This document shows, one piece after another, positions 52,851-63,233 of a stretch of 64,000 nucleotides of DNA. The notes beneath the pieces are model-generated. The model worked only from the letters and a program-made list of their open reading frames with translations. It had not been told where the DNA came from and ran no database searches. Position 1 is the stretch's first letter. Each line of letters begins with the position of its first letter. Source of the DNA: Thermoanaerobaculia bacterium (GTDB lineage Bacteria; Acidobacteriota; Thermoanaerobaculia; Multivoradales; Multivoraceae); the NCBI GenBank assembly GCA_963664405.1, contig OY761158.1, positions 736,001 to 800,000 of the forward strand. Direction: 5' to 3'. Made by a program: the position numbers and the translations under genes.

Positions 52851-55800
52851 GCATCGAGACGCGCCAGGGCAAAGAGGTACCAGGCGAGCTGGATCTCATA
52901 GCCGGCACGTCGTTCCTCTACGTCGGCATCTGTCTTGTAGTCGACCACAACCCAACCTTCGTCCTCTTCGAAAGCAAGGTCCATCGTGCCTTCGAGCAGC
53001 CGTCCATCGGCGAGTGGCAGGACGAAAGGCGCCTCCCGAAAGCAACGGCCCGCAGCCTCAGCCACTCGGGCTCGCTCGAAGACAGGATGCGCCAGTGCTC
53101 TCGTGACCGCCGACTTCGCCGCCTCGACTTCGGCCGCCGGAGCATCGAGAACCGCGCCATGCAGTGTCGCCAGCTCCTCGATCTCCGAGGCGACACCCCC
53201 CAGCGAAACATCTCGAAGCAAAGTATGAACGAGAGTACCGAAGCGCCTGCCTCCCGGTCGTCCGGGCTGGCGTTCCACCTTCTCCTGAGAGATCGGTGCA
53301 GCCGGCTGCCGTGGCCCTTCTTCGAGCTCGGTCACCGTCACCACATCGTGCAGCTTGCTCCTACCCAACTCCAGGGCGTTCTTTCGAAGCTCGCGCCAAG
53401 CCTCGTAGCGCTCGATCCCGCGCTCCGCCTCTCCCGCCGAATCCTGAGTGAGGATCTCCTCCCGCCGTAGGCCGAAGTTCTCTTCCACTTTCAGCTGGAG
53501 ATGTTGAGGATCCCACCACACCACGTCGTAACCCGCCTCGGGAAAACGGTGGAGGCCCGGGCGCACCGAGCCCTCCGGGCGGCCGTCGAAGTTCTGGGGC
53601 CGTTCGAGAACGCTGGCCTGGCCGAAGATCGGGCAGCCGTGAGCGTGCTCGGATTGCCGCCAGTTCTCTGTTGACGGAAAGATGGCCCGGTTCAGGGGAG
53701 AGAGCCAGCCTTCGCGCGCCTCGTCCCCCACCGCGGGCACCACCAGCAGATCACGCGCGCGAGTCGCGGCTACGTAGGCGACGCGTACTCCTTCCGCGGC
53801 GTCGCGATCCCGCTCGAGATCGCTGTTCTCGAGTAGCTCCAGCGGCGCGCAGCCGAGCAGGCGTAGCGCACTCAGGCCGCGTGCAGGGTCGATGTGGCGA
53901 TCCGGGTTCAGCGAAGAGAGCCGACAGCTCATGTCCGCCAGAATCACCATCGGGAACTCGAGCCCCTTGGCCCCGTGCACCGTCATCAGCCGGACTCCCT
54001 CCGCCCCCTCCTCGACCACCGGAGCCTGAGAGCTCCCCGGCTGCTCGGCCTCAGTGCTGAGTCGCTCGACAAAGCCGCGAAACGAGATCCCGCCGCCGAT
54101 CTCGTAGGAGCGCGCCAAGTCTCCTACCCGCTGCACATTGGCGAGAACCTGATTCCCGGCGGGCCGCAGCGCAAAGGCGGCATGGGCACGAGTCACCTCC
54201 AGGAGCTCCTGGACCGTCTCCACCACCGGACGCCGATTGCGGCGTCGGTGGAGATCGGCAAGACACTCGAGGGCCTCCACGATCGGCGCGAAATTCGCAT
54301 CGTCATCCCCCTCGTCGACCCCATCTTTCCGCCAGCGAAAGGGATGAAGACGGTGACCGTGCCGAAATACGTAGAGCAGCTCGTCAGAGATGGAGAACAG
54401 AGCGCCTCGCAGAGTCGAAAACACAGCGAGCTCGTCGTCCGGCCACTCGACCGCGGTGAGAGCGGAGCGTAGAGTCTCGACTTCTTCGCGCCGATGGAAG
54501 GTCCTTGCACCGACCAGGACGTGCGGAATTCCGCGCGCCTCGAGTCCACGCGTATAGGGCCGAGTGACGTCCTGGCGCCAAGCGACATAACGACGAAAGA
54601 GGATGCAAACATCACCCGCGACCAGCGGTCGGAGTACCTGATCATAGGGATCCTCCACCATCCAGCCACTCGAGCCCAGCGCCCAATCAACAAAGGCCAC
54701 GATGTCTTCGGGAAGAGACTCATCGATCTGCCAGTTGGTGATGTTGCTCCAGCCATAGGGCCGCGACACCGGCAGCGCCACCACCGACGGCTGCGACGCG
54801 AGCGCCTCTCGCTCCGGTGCCAAAGCGATGTACTCGGCCTGCCCCTTATCCTCGTCATAGACCATCTCGGGCGCGAAGGCCTGGTTGATCGCCGCTTGAA
54901 TCGGGGCCGTCGAACGAAAGCTGCGCTCGAGATGCACCAGACCGACCCCGGCGTCGACAAGGCGCTGCTTGACCTGCTGATAAAGAACGACATCCGCGCG
55001 TCGGAACCTGTAAATCGACTGCTTCGGATCTCCGACCAGGAAGAGCTTCCCAGCTGCAGGGCGAACCTTCCGCCAGTCGCTCTGCGCCGCATCCTCCGAG
55101 GAGAGCAAGAGCAGGAGCTCGGTCTGCAGCGGGTCGGTGTCCTGAAACTCGTCCACGAAGATGTGAGAGAAGCTGCCCTGAAAAAAGCGGCGAACCTCCG
55201 TGTGGTCTCGCACCAGGTCGCGGGCGCGGATCAGCAAGTCGACAAAGTCGAGATGCCCGGTTCTCGCCTTGAGCTCTTCGTAGCGCTTCAACAGATCGGC
55301 GACGTCCTTTTGCAGCAGCGCCGCTAGGTCGGCATCGGCCACGCCTCTGAACTCCTCCAGCGCCGCCAGCAGATCGTCACGACGGCTAATCACCAGCTCC
55401 CGCGGCACGCCCTCGGCAAAGCTCCCCCTACCTTTGCGGTGACGCGATCGGCCGATGTCCGTGATCAAACCCACCAGCCGCGCTTCGAGCTCGTCATAGT
55501 CGCGTTCGGCGACTTCTTCGAAGCGCTCGACCCAGCCCGCCAGCGCCACCACCGGCTCGAGTGAGTTGCCCAGATAATCCCGCGGATCCTCACAGCGGCG
55601 CACCAGCTCAGCCAGTTCGCAAACGCGCTCGACGAGCCCATCGCTCTCGGCCTTCAGATCGATCTCGGGCCGCGCCCACGGCGCCGGAAAGTCGCGCCAT
55701 TCGCAGAGGTTCCAGGCGGCGCGGCGAATCTGTTCGAGTGGGGTGACGGCGCCGTACGGAGGGCGGACGACCTGCCGGCTCAGTACCCGTCTCACTCCCT

Positions 55801-56302
55801 CCGGCATGTCCTGTAGCGTCTCCTGGATCCAAGCCTGAAATGCCTGATCGAAGAGGCGCGGCGCCGCGTCTTCCGAAAGTCCCTCGAAGCCGGGGTCCAC
55901 GCCCGCTTCTACCGGACGCTCACGCAAGAGCTCGGCGCAGAAGGAGTGGATGGTGCCGATGTGGGCCTCTTCGAGATGGCGGATGCCGGTCTCGATGCGC
56001 TCCGCACGTCGATCGCCGCCCACCTCGTCCTGCAAGCGCAGACGAGCCCGATCGAGCTCCTGACGCAAGCGCAGTTTGAGCTCCCCCGCCGCCTTTCGAG
56101 TAAAGGTGACGGCGACCACGCCTCCCATCTCGGGCACCTTCCCCTCTGCGATCACGGCCACCAGGCGAGCCACCAGCTCGGTCGTCTTGCCGGTGCCGGC
56201 GGCGGCCTCGACCAGCAGACTCTCACCGAGAGAAGTGCGTATACGCTGCCGCGCCGCCTCGTCCACCGAACCTCGGCTCCCCTGATCTTCAGTGCCGCTC
56301 AT
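52817..56302 (-). CDS. addA: AddA-like UvrD helicase-nuclease
   Basis: AAAGTGKT, VDEFQD, VGDPKQSIYRFR, TVHGAKGLEF; C-terminal D..VVDYK. Confidence 0.9.
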   Translation of the reverse strand: MSGTEDQGSRGSVDEAARQRIRTSLGESLLVEAAAGTGKTTELVARLVAVIAEGKVPEMGGVVAVTFTRKAAGELKLRLRQELDRARLRLQDEVGGDRRAERIETGIRHLEEAHIGTIHSFCAELLRERPVEAGVDPGFEGLSEDAAPRLFDQAFQAWIQETLQDMPEGVRRVLSRQVVRPPYGAVTPLEQIRRAAWNLCEWRDFPAPWARPEIDLKAESDGLVERVCELAELVRRCEDPRDYLGNSLEPVVALAGWVERFEEVAERDYDELEARLVGLITDIGRSRHRKGRGSFAEGVPRELVISRRDDLLAALEEFRGVADADLAALLQKDVADLLKRYEELKARTGHLDFVDLLIRARDLVRDHTEVRRFFQGSFSHIFVDEFQDTDPLQTELLLLLSSEDAAQSDWRKVRPAAGKLFLVGDPKQSIYRFRRADVVLYQQVKQRLVDAGVGLVHLERSFRSTAPIQAAINQAFAPEMVYDEDKGQAEYIALAPEREALASQPSVVALPVSRPYGWSNITNWQIDESLPEDIVAFVDWALGSSGWMVEDPYDQVLRPLVAGDVCILFRRYVAWRQDVTRPYTRGLEARGIPHVLVGARTFHRREEVETLRSALTAVEWPDDELAVFSTLRGALFSISDELLYVFRHGHRLHPFRWRKDGVDEGDDDANFAPIVEALECLADLHRRRNRRPVVETVQELLEVTRAHAAFALRPAGNQVLANVQRVGDLARSYEIGGGISFRGFVERLSTEAEQPGSSQAPVVEEGAEGVRLMTVHGAKGLEFPMVILADMSCRLSSLNPDRHIDPARGLSALRLLGCAPLELLENSDLERDRDAAEGVRVAYVAATRARDLLVVPAVGDEAREGWLSPLNRAIFPSTENWRQSEHAHGCPIFGQASVLERPQNFDGRPEGSVRPGLHRFPEAGYDVVWWDPQHLQLKVEENFGLRREEILTQDSAGEAERGIERYEAWRELRKNALELGRSKLHDVVTVTELEEGPRQPAAPISQEKVERQPGRPGGRRFGTLVHTLLRDVSLGGVASEIEELATLHGAVLDAPAAEVEAAKSAVTRALAHPVFERARVAEAAGRCFREAPFVLPLADGRLLEGTMDLAFEEDEGWVVVDYKTDADVEERRAGYEIQLAWYLFALARLDAQPSAGVLLAV

Positions 56303-59300
56303 GCCCTCTTCCTCAAAGCCTCCAGGCGGGCCAGGCGATCCTTCTTCTTTCTGCCGACACGGATCTCCTCGTAGGGTCCACAGACACTTCTATAGTCACA
56401 ATACTGACAGGCGCCGGAGCCCGGAGCCGCGGGAAAGAATCCATCGAGAACGCTCTGCTCGACGACACCGATCACCTCTGCGGCCGCCGCCCGGCTGTCG
56501 GCGTTGAGGGGGACCTCGATCGTGTTGTAGCCGCCTCGCTGCGTGCTGTAGAAGAGCCGGCCCGACTCCACCTGCTCGCCTTCGCGCGCCAGCAGAGCCT
56601 CGGCGGCCAGCGCGTAGAGCACCGGCTGCAGGATCTCCCCACCGCCCACCACCAGCGACTTCTGCTTTGGCGGCCGACCGGTCTTGTGGTCGGTGACCCG
56701 GATCGCTCGCCGCCGCCAGTCGCGCTCGACCAGGTCGATCGATCCGCGCAGCCTCGCCGCCCCACCGAGCACCAGCGCTTCCTCTGAGGTACTCGCCGTA
56801 TCCCGATCGCTACTTGGGGCAAGACCGAACGCGAACTCGAAGTGGGCGGGAGTCCACGACCCCTCCTCTTCGAGGAGCCTTCGAATCCAACCTCTGAAGT
56901 CGGTTCGGAGACCCTCGATCTCACTCTTCCAGACGTGGGGAATCGCCGGTGCCAGCTCCTCCTCGTAACCGGAAGCCACTTCGTTGAGCACACGGTCGGC
57001 GACATCCAGGATCTCGGCCTCGTGATCGGCCCGCAGTGGCAGCAGTCCCAGATCCTTCGCCTCACCGAAGAAGCGGAACTGAGTCTCGTGAAACAAGCTC
57101 CCCCGGGTCAGCGGGTCGAGCCTCTCCGGAGACACGAGGTCCTCGCGCGGGCGAAGCTTGTGGACCGCGTAGAGGAGAAAACGGTAGGGACAGGCCGCAT
57201 AGCTCTGCAGCGCCGTGGGTGAGTAGCTCCTGTTCTCCGGTAGCTCCGCGCGCAATAGCTCCAGTGCCGCGGGCTCGGGCGCGATCAGCCCGTCGGCAGG
57301 GACCCAGCGCGAGCGCCAGCGTCCAGCGCGAGCGCGCAGTGAGCGCTCGAGATGAGGGTTCGCAAACAGAAAGCGAGCCTGCCCCTTGACTCGATGATCA
57401 CCCTCCCCCGACCTCAGCAGCCCCGCCAACACCGACAGGTCGTACTCGGCCTCATCGACCGCATCTTCCGGGTCGGCCGGGGCGGGCCATCCCAGATGCG
57501 TCCGAGCCGCGGCCAGGTCGAGGCGACGAAGATCAGGCAGGCTTCCGTGAGCGGCCCGCAACAGATCGAGCGCATAGAAAGAAGGCACCCTGGCCCGGCC
57601 TGCCATCAGATCGATGCGAGGGTAGGAAGCCACCAGCCGAACCGAGGCGGCGCCAAGAGCCGCCCGCAACAGCGAACGCTCGGCGAGAAAACGCTGATCC
57701 TGGACTTCGAGTGAAGCGGGAAGGGCGCGACGATCGCGGTCCAGAAGCAGAGGATCTTCGAAGGGCTTGCGCGGAAACACCCCCTCAGCCAGGCCGGGCA
57801 GAAAGACAGAGCCGAAGCTCCGACCCGCAGCCTCTTCGATGGTACCGACGAAGACGCGCCCGTAGCGGCGTCGCGGGGGGTCTCGCTGGAGAAACGAGAG
57901 GCGCTGCCGCAGAACTTCGCGCACCTGATCGAGAGGTACAGAAGCGACTTCGGCCATCGGACGCAGCTCGGCGAGGAGTTGCAACAGCCTCGCCGGATCC
58001 GGCAGTACGAGGCTGGAAAGAGCCTCGAGCTGCTGGATCCACTCCCCCCAGGTCGCCTCGGCGGGAAGCGCGGCCAAGGCCTCGATCACCGGTAGGGCGA
58101 AGCGCTCCAGACCCTGCAGGCGTTGCAGCTGCCGAGACAGATGGAGTCGTCGCGGCTCTTCCTCTCCTTCGACATCCCGCAGTCGCAACTGCAGCTCGTT
58201 GCGTAGTCCAGCCAGCCTGCGCGACCACCGATCTCTTCCTCCGACCACCGCAGCGTCGAGCAGCATGCGCTCCCACAGCGCCGGTGTCGGAATGCTCTCT
58301 CCGCCCGAGGCCTCCCAGTCGTCACCCTCACTCGGCGGTGGGCTCTTGAAAACCAGCTGATCCCCACCCGCCTCGACCCAGGCCACCTCGGCCCGCTCAG
58401 GTGCCCCCGTGGCATCGAGCGTGGGGATCTCGCCAAGCGACAGATACTCGGCGAAGCGCGACGCGGAAAGGCCCTCGCTGGCGCAAGAAAGCAGAGCAAG
58501 GAACGCGCGACCCGAGGGATCAGGTCGGCTGGCTCCGCGGCTGGTGTATGTGGGGACGCCACCGCGCCGCATGGCATCCTGAAGCAGAGGCAGGTAGCTC
58601 TCCGGCTGGCGCAGAAGTACCGCCATCGAATCGAAGGAGACGCCGCTCCGCGCAAACTTCTGAATGCGGCGCACGATCTCCACGCACTCCCGATCTTCGC
58701 CGGCGGCGGAAAAGAGCTCCAGGCTGTCGTCATCCTCTCCCACGTCGCACTCCCTCGCCGGAGAATGGACGCCGAAGAGGTGGGCTCGAGCGCGAGCCAA
58801 TGCGGAGCCCGTGCTCGGCGGCGAAGCGTCGAGCTCGTGGACCTCTTGCCCAAGGGCACGTCGTAATCGCTCCTCGCCCGCGTCAGAGGCCGCAGGCAGG
58901 CAGGCAAATACAGCAGGTGCTTTCGCGCAAAGGCCGGCGAGGAACCGCTCCTCGCAGCCCGAGCCCACTTCGATATCGAGAAGAACCAGCGGCAGTCCCA
59001 GCAGCCGGTGGGGCGCCGTCTCCATCCGCTGCACGGCGGCGCTGAGAACTCCCGCCCCATCCACCAGGCGCCAGTGCTCCATCTCCCGCTCGAAACCCGC
59101 GAGCAGGGTGGCCAAGTCCCGGTTGGCTGGACTCCTCGAAGCCAGCTCCTCGGCAACCACGCCCTCGAGTCGCAATTCCTCGAGCGTGCGCGCGAGAGCC
59201 TCGGGAAAGCCAGGCATCGCGGCGACAGGCGCGAAGTACTCCAATTCCCCTCTCGACTGAGCCTGGTGGACACAGCGGGTCGCGAGAGCCAATAGACTCA

Positions 59301-59589
59301 GACCGCTGAGAGGCCGCCGACCTTCGCCGGCCAAACCGAGAGAGCCGAGCTCGTAGGCCAGCTGGCGCGGTGTGGCACGATGGATTCCGAACATCCCCCT
59401 GTCCTGGGCCGCCGCGCTACGTAGAAAATCATCGGCAGCTCCCCACGTCGGCGCCACCACCAGAAGCTCGCGCCGAGGTGCGACTTCCTCGAGCCAGCTC
59501 AGCGCGGCGGCGAGCCGCTCCTCCGCGCTCGCTGACACGAGGAGACGACGCGTCACGGCCTCAGCTCCTCTTCTTCCGGCGTACGACAC
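56299..59589 (-). CDS. addB: AddB-like PD-(D/E)xK nuclease subunit
   Basis: SPTAL..CPYRF, GSIDLVE, TDHKTG, C..C..C Fe-S cysteines; start may be GTG 59556. Confidence 0.85.
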   Translation of the reverse strand: MSYAGRRGAEAVTRRLLVSASAEERLAAALSWLEEVAPRRELLVVAPTWGAADDFLRSAAAQDRGMFGIHRATPRQLAYELGSLGLAGEGRRPLSGLSLLALATRCVHQAQSRGELEYFAPVAAMPGFPEALARTLEELRLEGVVAEELASRSPANRDLATLLAGFEREMEHWRLVDGAGVLSAAVQRMETAPHRLLGLPLVLLDIEVGSGCEERFLAGLCAKAPAVFACLPAASDAGEERLRRALGQEVHELDASPPSTGSALARARAHLFGVHSPARECDVGEDDDSLELFSAAGEDRECVEIVRRIQKFARSGVSFDSMAVLLRQPESYLPLLQDAMRRGGVPTYTSRGASRPDPSGRAFLALLSCASEGLSASRFAEYLSLGEIPTLDATGAPERAEVAWVEAGGDQLVFKSPPPSEGDDWEASGGESIPTPALWERMLLDAAVVGGRDRWSRRLAGLRNELQLRLRDVEGEEEPRRLHLSRQLQRLQGLERFALPVIEALAALPAEATWGEWIQQLEALSSLVLPDPARLLQLLAELRPMAEVASVPLDQVREVLRQRLSFLQRDPPRRRYGRVFVGTIEEAAGRSFGSVFLPGLAEGVFPRKPFEDPLLLDRDRRALPASLEVQDQRFLAERSLLRAALGAASVRLVASYPRIDLMAGRARVPSFYALDLLRAAHGSLPDLRRLDLAAARTHLGWPAPADPEDAVDEAEYDLSVLAGLLRSGEGDHRVKGQARFLFANPHLERSLRARAGRWRSRWVPADGLIAPEPAALELLRAELPENRSYSPTALQSYAACPYRFLLYAVHKLRPREDLVSPERLDPLTRGSLFHETQFRFFGEAKDLGLLPLRADHEAEILDVADRVLNEVASGYEEELAPAIPHVWKSEIEGLRTDFRGWIRRLLEEEGSWTPAHFEFAFGLAPSSDRDTASTSEEALVLGGAARLRGSIDLVERDWRRRAIRVTDHKTGRPPKQKSLVVGGGEILQPVLYALAAEALLAREGEQVESGRLFYSTQRGGYNTIEVPLNADSRAAAAEVIGVVEQSVLDGFFPAAPGSGACQYCDYRSVCGPYEEIRVGRKKKDRLARLEALRKRA

Positions 59590-60265
59590 GCTTGAGAGGA
59601 GAGAGTCGGATCTCGTCCACTACAGCCTCCGCTCTGCCTTCGACCGCAAGCAGGACCGCCGCGGCGACGTCGGTAGGCTCGAGGTAGTTTTCCGGATCCT
59701 CCCCAGGAGCGAAGTCGAGATCATCGAAAAAGGGAGTGCGGGTCATCGCCGGGCTGATCAAGGTGACACGAACGCCACTCCCTGAAGTCTCCTCACGCAG
59801 AGCCTGGGCGAAGCCGCGCAGGGCAAACTTGGCGGCACAGTAGAGCGATCCCTTCTGGGTCCCTCGATGGGCGGCCTCAGAGCCGACAAAGATCAGCTGC
59901 CCGCTCCCCTGCCTCTTCATCAACGGCAGGAAGGCTCGCGCGAGATAGGCGTGGGAGAGAAATCCGAGGTCGAGAAGCTCACGAATGCGAGCGTAAGAGA
60001 ACTCCTCGAGTGAGCCGAACTCACCGCGCCCAGCGTTGAGGACCAGCACCCCGACGTCGGGGTGACGCCGGCTCAGCTTCTGAAGCTCCGCCGGCAAGGG
60101 GTCTAGGGCGCCCAGATCGAGGCGTACCTGCTCGAAACCCTGGCGGCCCTCGAGCGCTTCGCTCTTCCGCCGACTGATGCCGATCACTTCGATTCCACGC
60201 TCCAGGAAACACTCGGCAATGGCAAGGCCGATCCCTGAACTGGTGCCGCTGACGACCGCCTTCAC
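59561..60265 (-). CDS. Short-chain dehydrogenase/reductase
   Basis: SGTSSGIG, LNAG, YCAAK. Confidence 0.9.
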   Translation of the reverse strand: MKAVVSGTSSGIGLAIAECFLERGIEVIGISRRKSEALEGRQGFEQVRLDLGALDPLPAELQKLSRRHPDVGVLVLNAGRGEFGSLEEFSYARIRELLDLGFLSHAYLARAFLPLMKRQGSGQLIFVGSEAAHRGTQKGSLYCAAKFALRGFAQALREETSGSGVRVTLISPAMTRTPFFDDLDFAPGEDPENYLEPTDVAAAVLLAVEGRAEAVVDEIRLSPLKRVVRRKKRS

Positions 60266-61278
60266 GAAGCCACCTGGGAGCCCTGTTCGCCGCTGAGACA
60301 TGGGTGGAAGATCTCTCTGGGTATGTGGCCGAGAATCTCGCCGGTGCAAAACTCGGTGAGCTCGCTCAGGAGATCCTTACGATAGGACACCACCCCCTCC
60401 ACGTCTTCCATCGGCGCGGCAAGGAGGGCCTCCTCCGGGTAGAGTTTGGTCAAGGTCGAGAAATAGGAAGCAGGAAGCCGGAAGGGCCCCAGACTGACCG
60501 AATGCAATACCTCGACGTCGAGGCGCCTGAAGACCTCGTCGAAGAGTTGGCGATAGCGGTCTCGGAAACCCCGGTGATAGAGCAGAGGGTCGAAGCGCAA
60601 ACCCAACTTCCAGCCGGCTCGGGCCAGTCTCTCCATCGCCACCAGTCTACTCTCTAGTCCCGGCGTCTTATGCTCATAGGCCGCGGCAAGGTCGTGTGGA
60701 GAAAGACTGTAGGCCACCACCACGTTGGACAGTGCCTCTCGGGAGAGCAGCGCGTCAATGGCCACCGACTTAGTACGCAGCTCCAGGAACGCCTCCGGCA
60801 GGTCGGCGAAGAAGTCGAGGAAGGAGGCCGCAAAGCCGCTGACGCCCTCGAAGGCCAAGCTGTCACAGTCGTAGCCGGAGAAGAAAAAACAGGGGCGATC
60901 AGAATCGCGCACGGCCTCCCTGACCGCTGCCTCGAAGTCATCGTAGTTCACGAACAGAACGTAATGGGCGGAGCGAAACATCCCCTGCAAGAAACAATAG
61001 CGACAGTCGTACAGACAATTCAGCATGTGAGAGAAGTAGAAACAGCGATAGCCCGGGAGGCCATAGCCTTCCGGAGTCGGAAGCACGTGCCCCGAGTGTT
61101 TCGCGGCCAGGATCAGCGAGGGAGACACCTTCTGCAATCGGAAACTCTGAGAACGGACGTTGAAGACTTCGCCATAGCGCTGGATGGGAATCTGGGTGGC
61201 GGCGGGTAGACGAGAAAGGATTCGCTGAGTTCGCGGCTGCGCCAGTACCTCCTCTTCGATATAGACGGTGCCGATCAA
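60262..61278 (-). CDS. Spore photoproduct lyase-like radical SAM protein
   Basis: NCLYDCRYCFLQG, DSLA, ELRTKS. Confidence 0.85.
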   Translation of the reverse strand: MIGTVYIEEEVLAQPRTQRILSRLPAATQIPIQRYGEVFNVRSQSFRLQKVSPSLILAAKHSGHVLPTPEGYGLPGYRCFYFSHMLNCLYDCRYCFLQGMFRSAHYVLFVNYDDFEAAVREAVRDSDRPCFFFSGYDCDSLAFEGVSGFAASFLDFFADLPEAFLELRTKSVAIDALLSREALSNVVVAYSLSPHDLAAAYEHKTPGLESRLVAMERLARAGWKLGLRFDPLLYHRGFRDRYRQLFDEVFRRLDVEVLHSVSLGPFRLPASYFSTLTKLYPEEALLAAPMEDVEGVVSYRKDLLSELTEFCTGEILGHIPREIFHPCLSGEQGSQVAS

Positions 61279-62168
61279 GAACCTCTCCTCGGGGTCCTGG
61301 GCTCGCGCTCCAGGGCGACTTCATCGACGCGCTGAGCGAAGTAGTCGAGCACCTCGGTCGCGGAGCGAAGCTCGGCGTCTGGGCCGGGCGGTCCGAGAAG
61401 CACATCGACGACCCCTTGACGCCCTGCCTCCTCACCGCCTTCGGAGGAGGAAGTGAGGGCCCAGAACCGTTGCTGCAGCCGCTCGAGCTGGCGGCGCTGG
61501 GTGAGCGAGAAGTGCCAGCGCTCGAGGAGCTCGGAAGCCAGAGCTGGGGGGGCGGGTGGGGCGGCGCTCGCCAGGTCGCGAAGGCTGTCGAGGAGATCGG
61601 AGAGAGTAGGCAGCGCTGCTGTGATCAAGCCCTCGACTCTCTCGGCCACGACCTCGTCCACTGAACTTCCTGGGCCGTCGGAGACCACCTTCACCACCTG
61701 ACACAGCTCGGCGGCGGTGAAGCGGGTGGCGGTGGGCCAAAATCCCGCCGCCTCCATTTCGTAGACGCATTCACGTGGATACTCCCGCTCCACCTCTTCT
61801 ATCGTCACTACTTCTGCGGCCGCAAACCCCTCTGTTGCCGTGCGTGGCGGATGCCAGTGTCTGCCCGAGCCCGCATCACGGATCGTATGAGCCGTCCATA
61901 CACTACCGAGGGCCTCCGAGCGGTGCCCGCCCACTCCGACATTGATCCATACATCATCGGGTCGGGCGTCGATCGCGGCGGCCATGTAGGCCGTGCCCGC
62001 AGCAGCAGCGACCTTTCCCACGCCGGTGACGACCAGGTCCGCGCCGTCACCGACAAAGAGGCGGAAAGCTCGATGCGCCGGATCGCCCTTCAGGCGAAGA
62101 AGCCTCGCCAAGGGACGAGCTTCACAGGAGAGAGCGACAACAAGATGGACGGTCGGAGAGGTCTCCAT
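61275..62168 (-). CDS. Nucleoside phosphorylase/nucleosidase-fold protein
   Basis: TGVGK, INVGVGG, YEMEAAGF, KVVSD. Confidence 0.75.
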   Translation of the reverse strand: METSPTVHLVVALSCEARPLARLLRLKGDPAHRAFRLFVGDGADLVVTGVGKVAAAAGTAYMAAAIDARPDDVWINVGVGGHRSEALGSVWTAHTIRDAGSGRHWHPPRTATEGFAAAEVVTIEEVEREYPRECVYEMEAAGFWPTATRFTAAELCQVVKVVSDGPGSSVDEVVAERVEGLITAALPTLSDLLDSLRDLASAAPPAPPALASELLERWHFSLTQRRQLERLQQRFWALTSSSEGGEEAGRQGVVDVLLGPPGPDAELRSATEVLDYFAQRVDEVALEREPRTPRRGS

Positions 62169-62174
62169 AGCGAA

Positions 62175-63086
62175 TCAGGCTCCGGTCCAGCGCTCCAATT
62201 TCTGCTCGTAGAGTTTCAGCTCGTCCTTGCGGCCCCGCTTTCGCACTCCGGCAAGGTAGATCTCGGTTTTCTCGACAGCCACCCGCCGGGCCGCTTCATG
62301 CTGCTGAGTTGAGAGTACTCCCGCATCGAGGATCTTCTCCAGCGCGGCAATCCGGTAGCGGTCCATCCCCCACCTACTGCGCGACAACTGGTCATCGTGA
62401 CCACCGTGCTTCACGACCAGAGGCTCAGCCACCAATAAGACGGGGTAGCGGCTGCAGACCCTCAGCCACAGATCGTAGTCTTCGCACACCGGTAACGATT
62501 CATCGAAGAGCCCCACGTGATCGAGGATCTCACGATGAAGCAGGACCGAGGACGGCGAGATGGCGCACAGCGGCAGGCAATGCTCGAAAACCCACCCATC
62601 CGGCTTCTGGTGCCGGCGACGCGGGTTCACCCGCCTCCCGCGACGCATCCAGATCTCGTCGGTGTGGCAGAAACGGTGTTCCTGGCTCGCGGCAAGAGCC
62701 CGCAGCTGGAGCTCGAGCTTGCGCGGCCGCCACTCGTCGTCGGAGTCGAGGAACGCCAGCCACGTACCTTTGGCGTAGCGTATCCCGAGGTTTCGAGCCG
62801 CACTGACGCCGAGTGTGCGCGGTTGGCGAAGCAGACGAGCTCCCGGATAGCGCTCTGTCACAATCTCGACAGTGTCGTCTCCAGAACCATCGTCGACAAC
62901 CAGGGTCTCTCCGGGCAGCGTGGTCTGGGCGGCAATCGAGTCGAGCGCTCGTGGCAGCGAGCCACCCCGATCGAAGGTCGGAACGATGACCGAAACCGAG
63001 CCGGCGGCGACATCTTGCCCCGCCGGCACGATGCGATCTCCGTCGGTCACCACGGATCGGCCTCGCCTACTAGTGGACCGGAACAC
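62175..63086 (-). CDS. GT2 glycosyltransferase
   Basis: VVDDGS, GVSAARN, FLDSDD, CEDYDLW. Confidence 0.9.
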   Translation of the reverse strand: MFRSTSRRGRSVVTDGDRIVPAGQDVAAGSVSVIVPTFDRGGSLPRALDSIAAQTTLPGETLVVDDGSGDDTVEIVTERYPGARLLRQPRTLGVSAARNLGIRYAKGTWLAFLDSDDEWRPRKLELQLRALAASQEHRFCHTDEIWMRRGRRVNPRRRHQKPDGWVFEHCLPLCAISPSSVLLHREILDHVGLFDESLPVCEDYDLWLRVCSRYPVLLVAEPLVVKHGGHDDQLSRSRWGMDRYRIAALEKILDAGVLSTQQHEAARRVAVEKTEIYLAGVRKRGRKDELKLYEQKLERWTGA

Positions 63087-63233
63087 TCGAACGTTTAGTG
63101 GCTGAGTGAGTCATTCGTGGTCGAGATCAAGGCGCGCTGACGCAGGCATAGCGGGGACTATGTCGAGGAAGCGTAACGCAGAGATCGGCCGCGAGGGCCG
63201 CTCAGGCGCTAAACGTTTGGGTGTTACGGCCCA

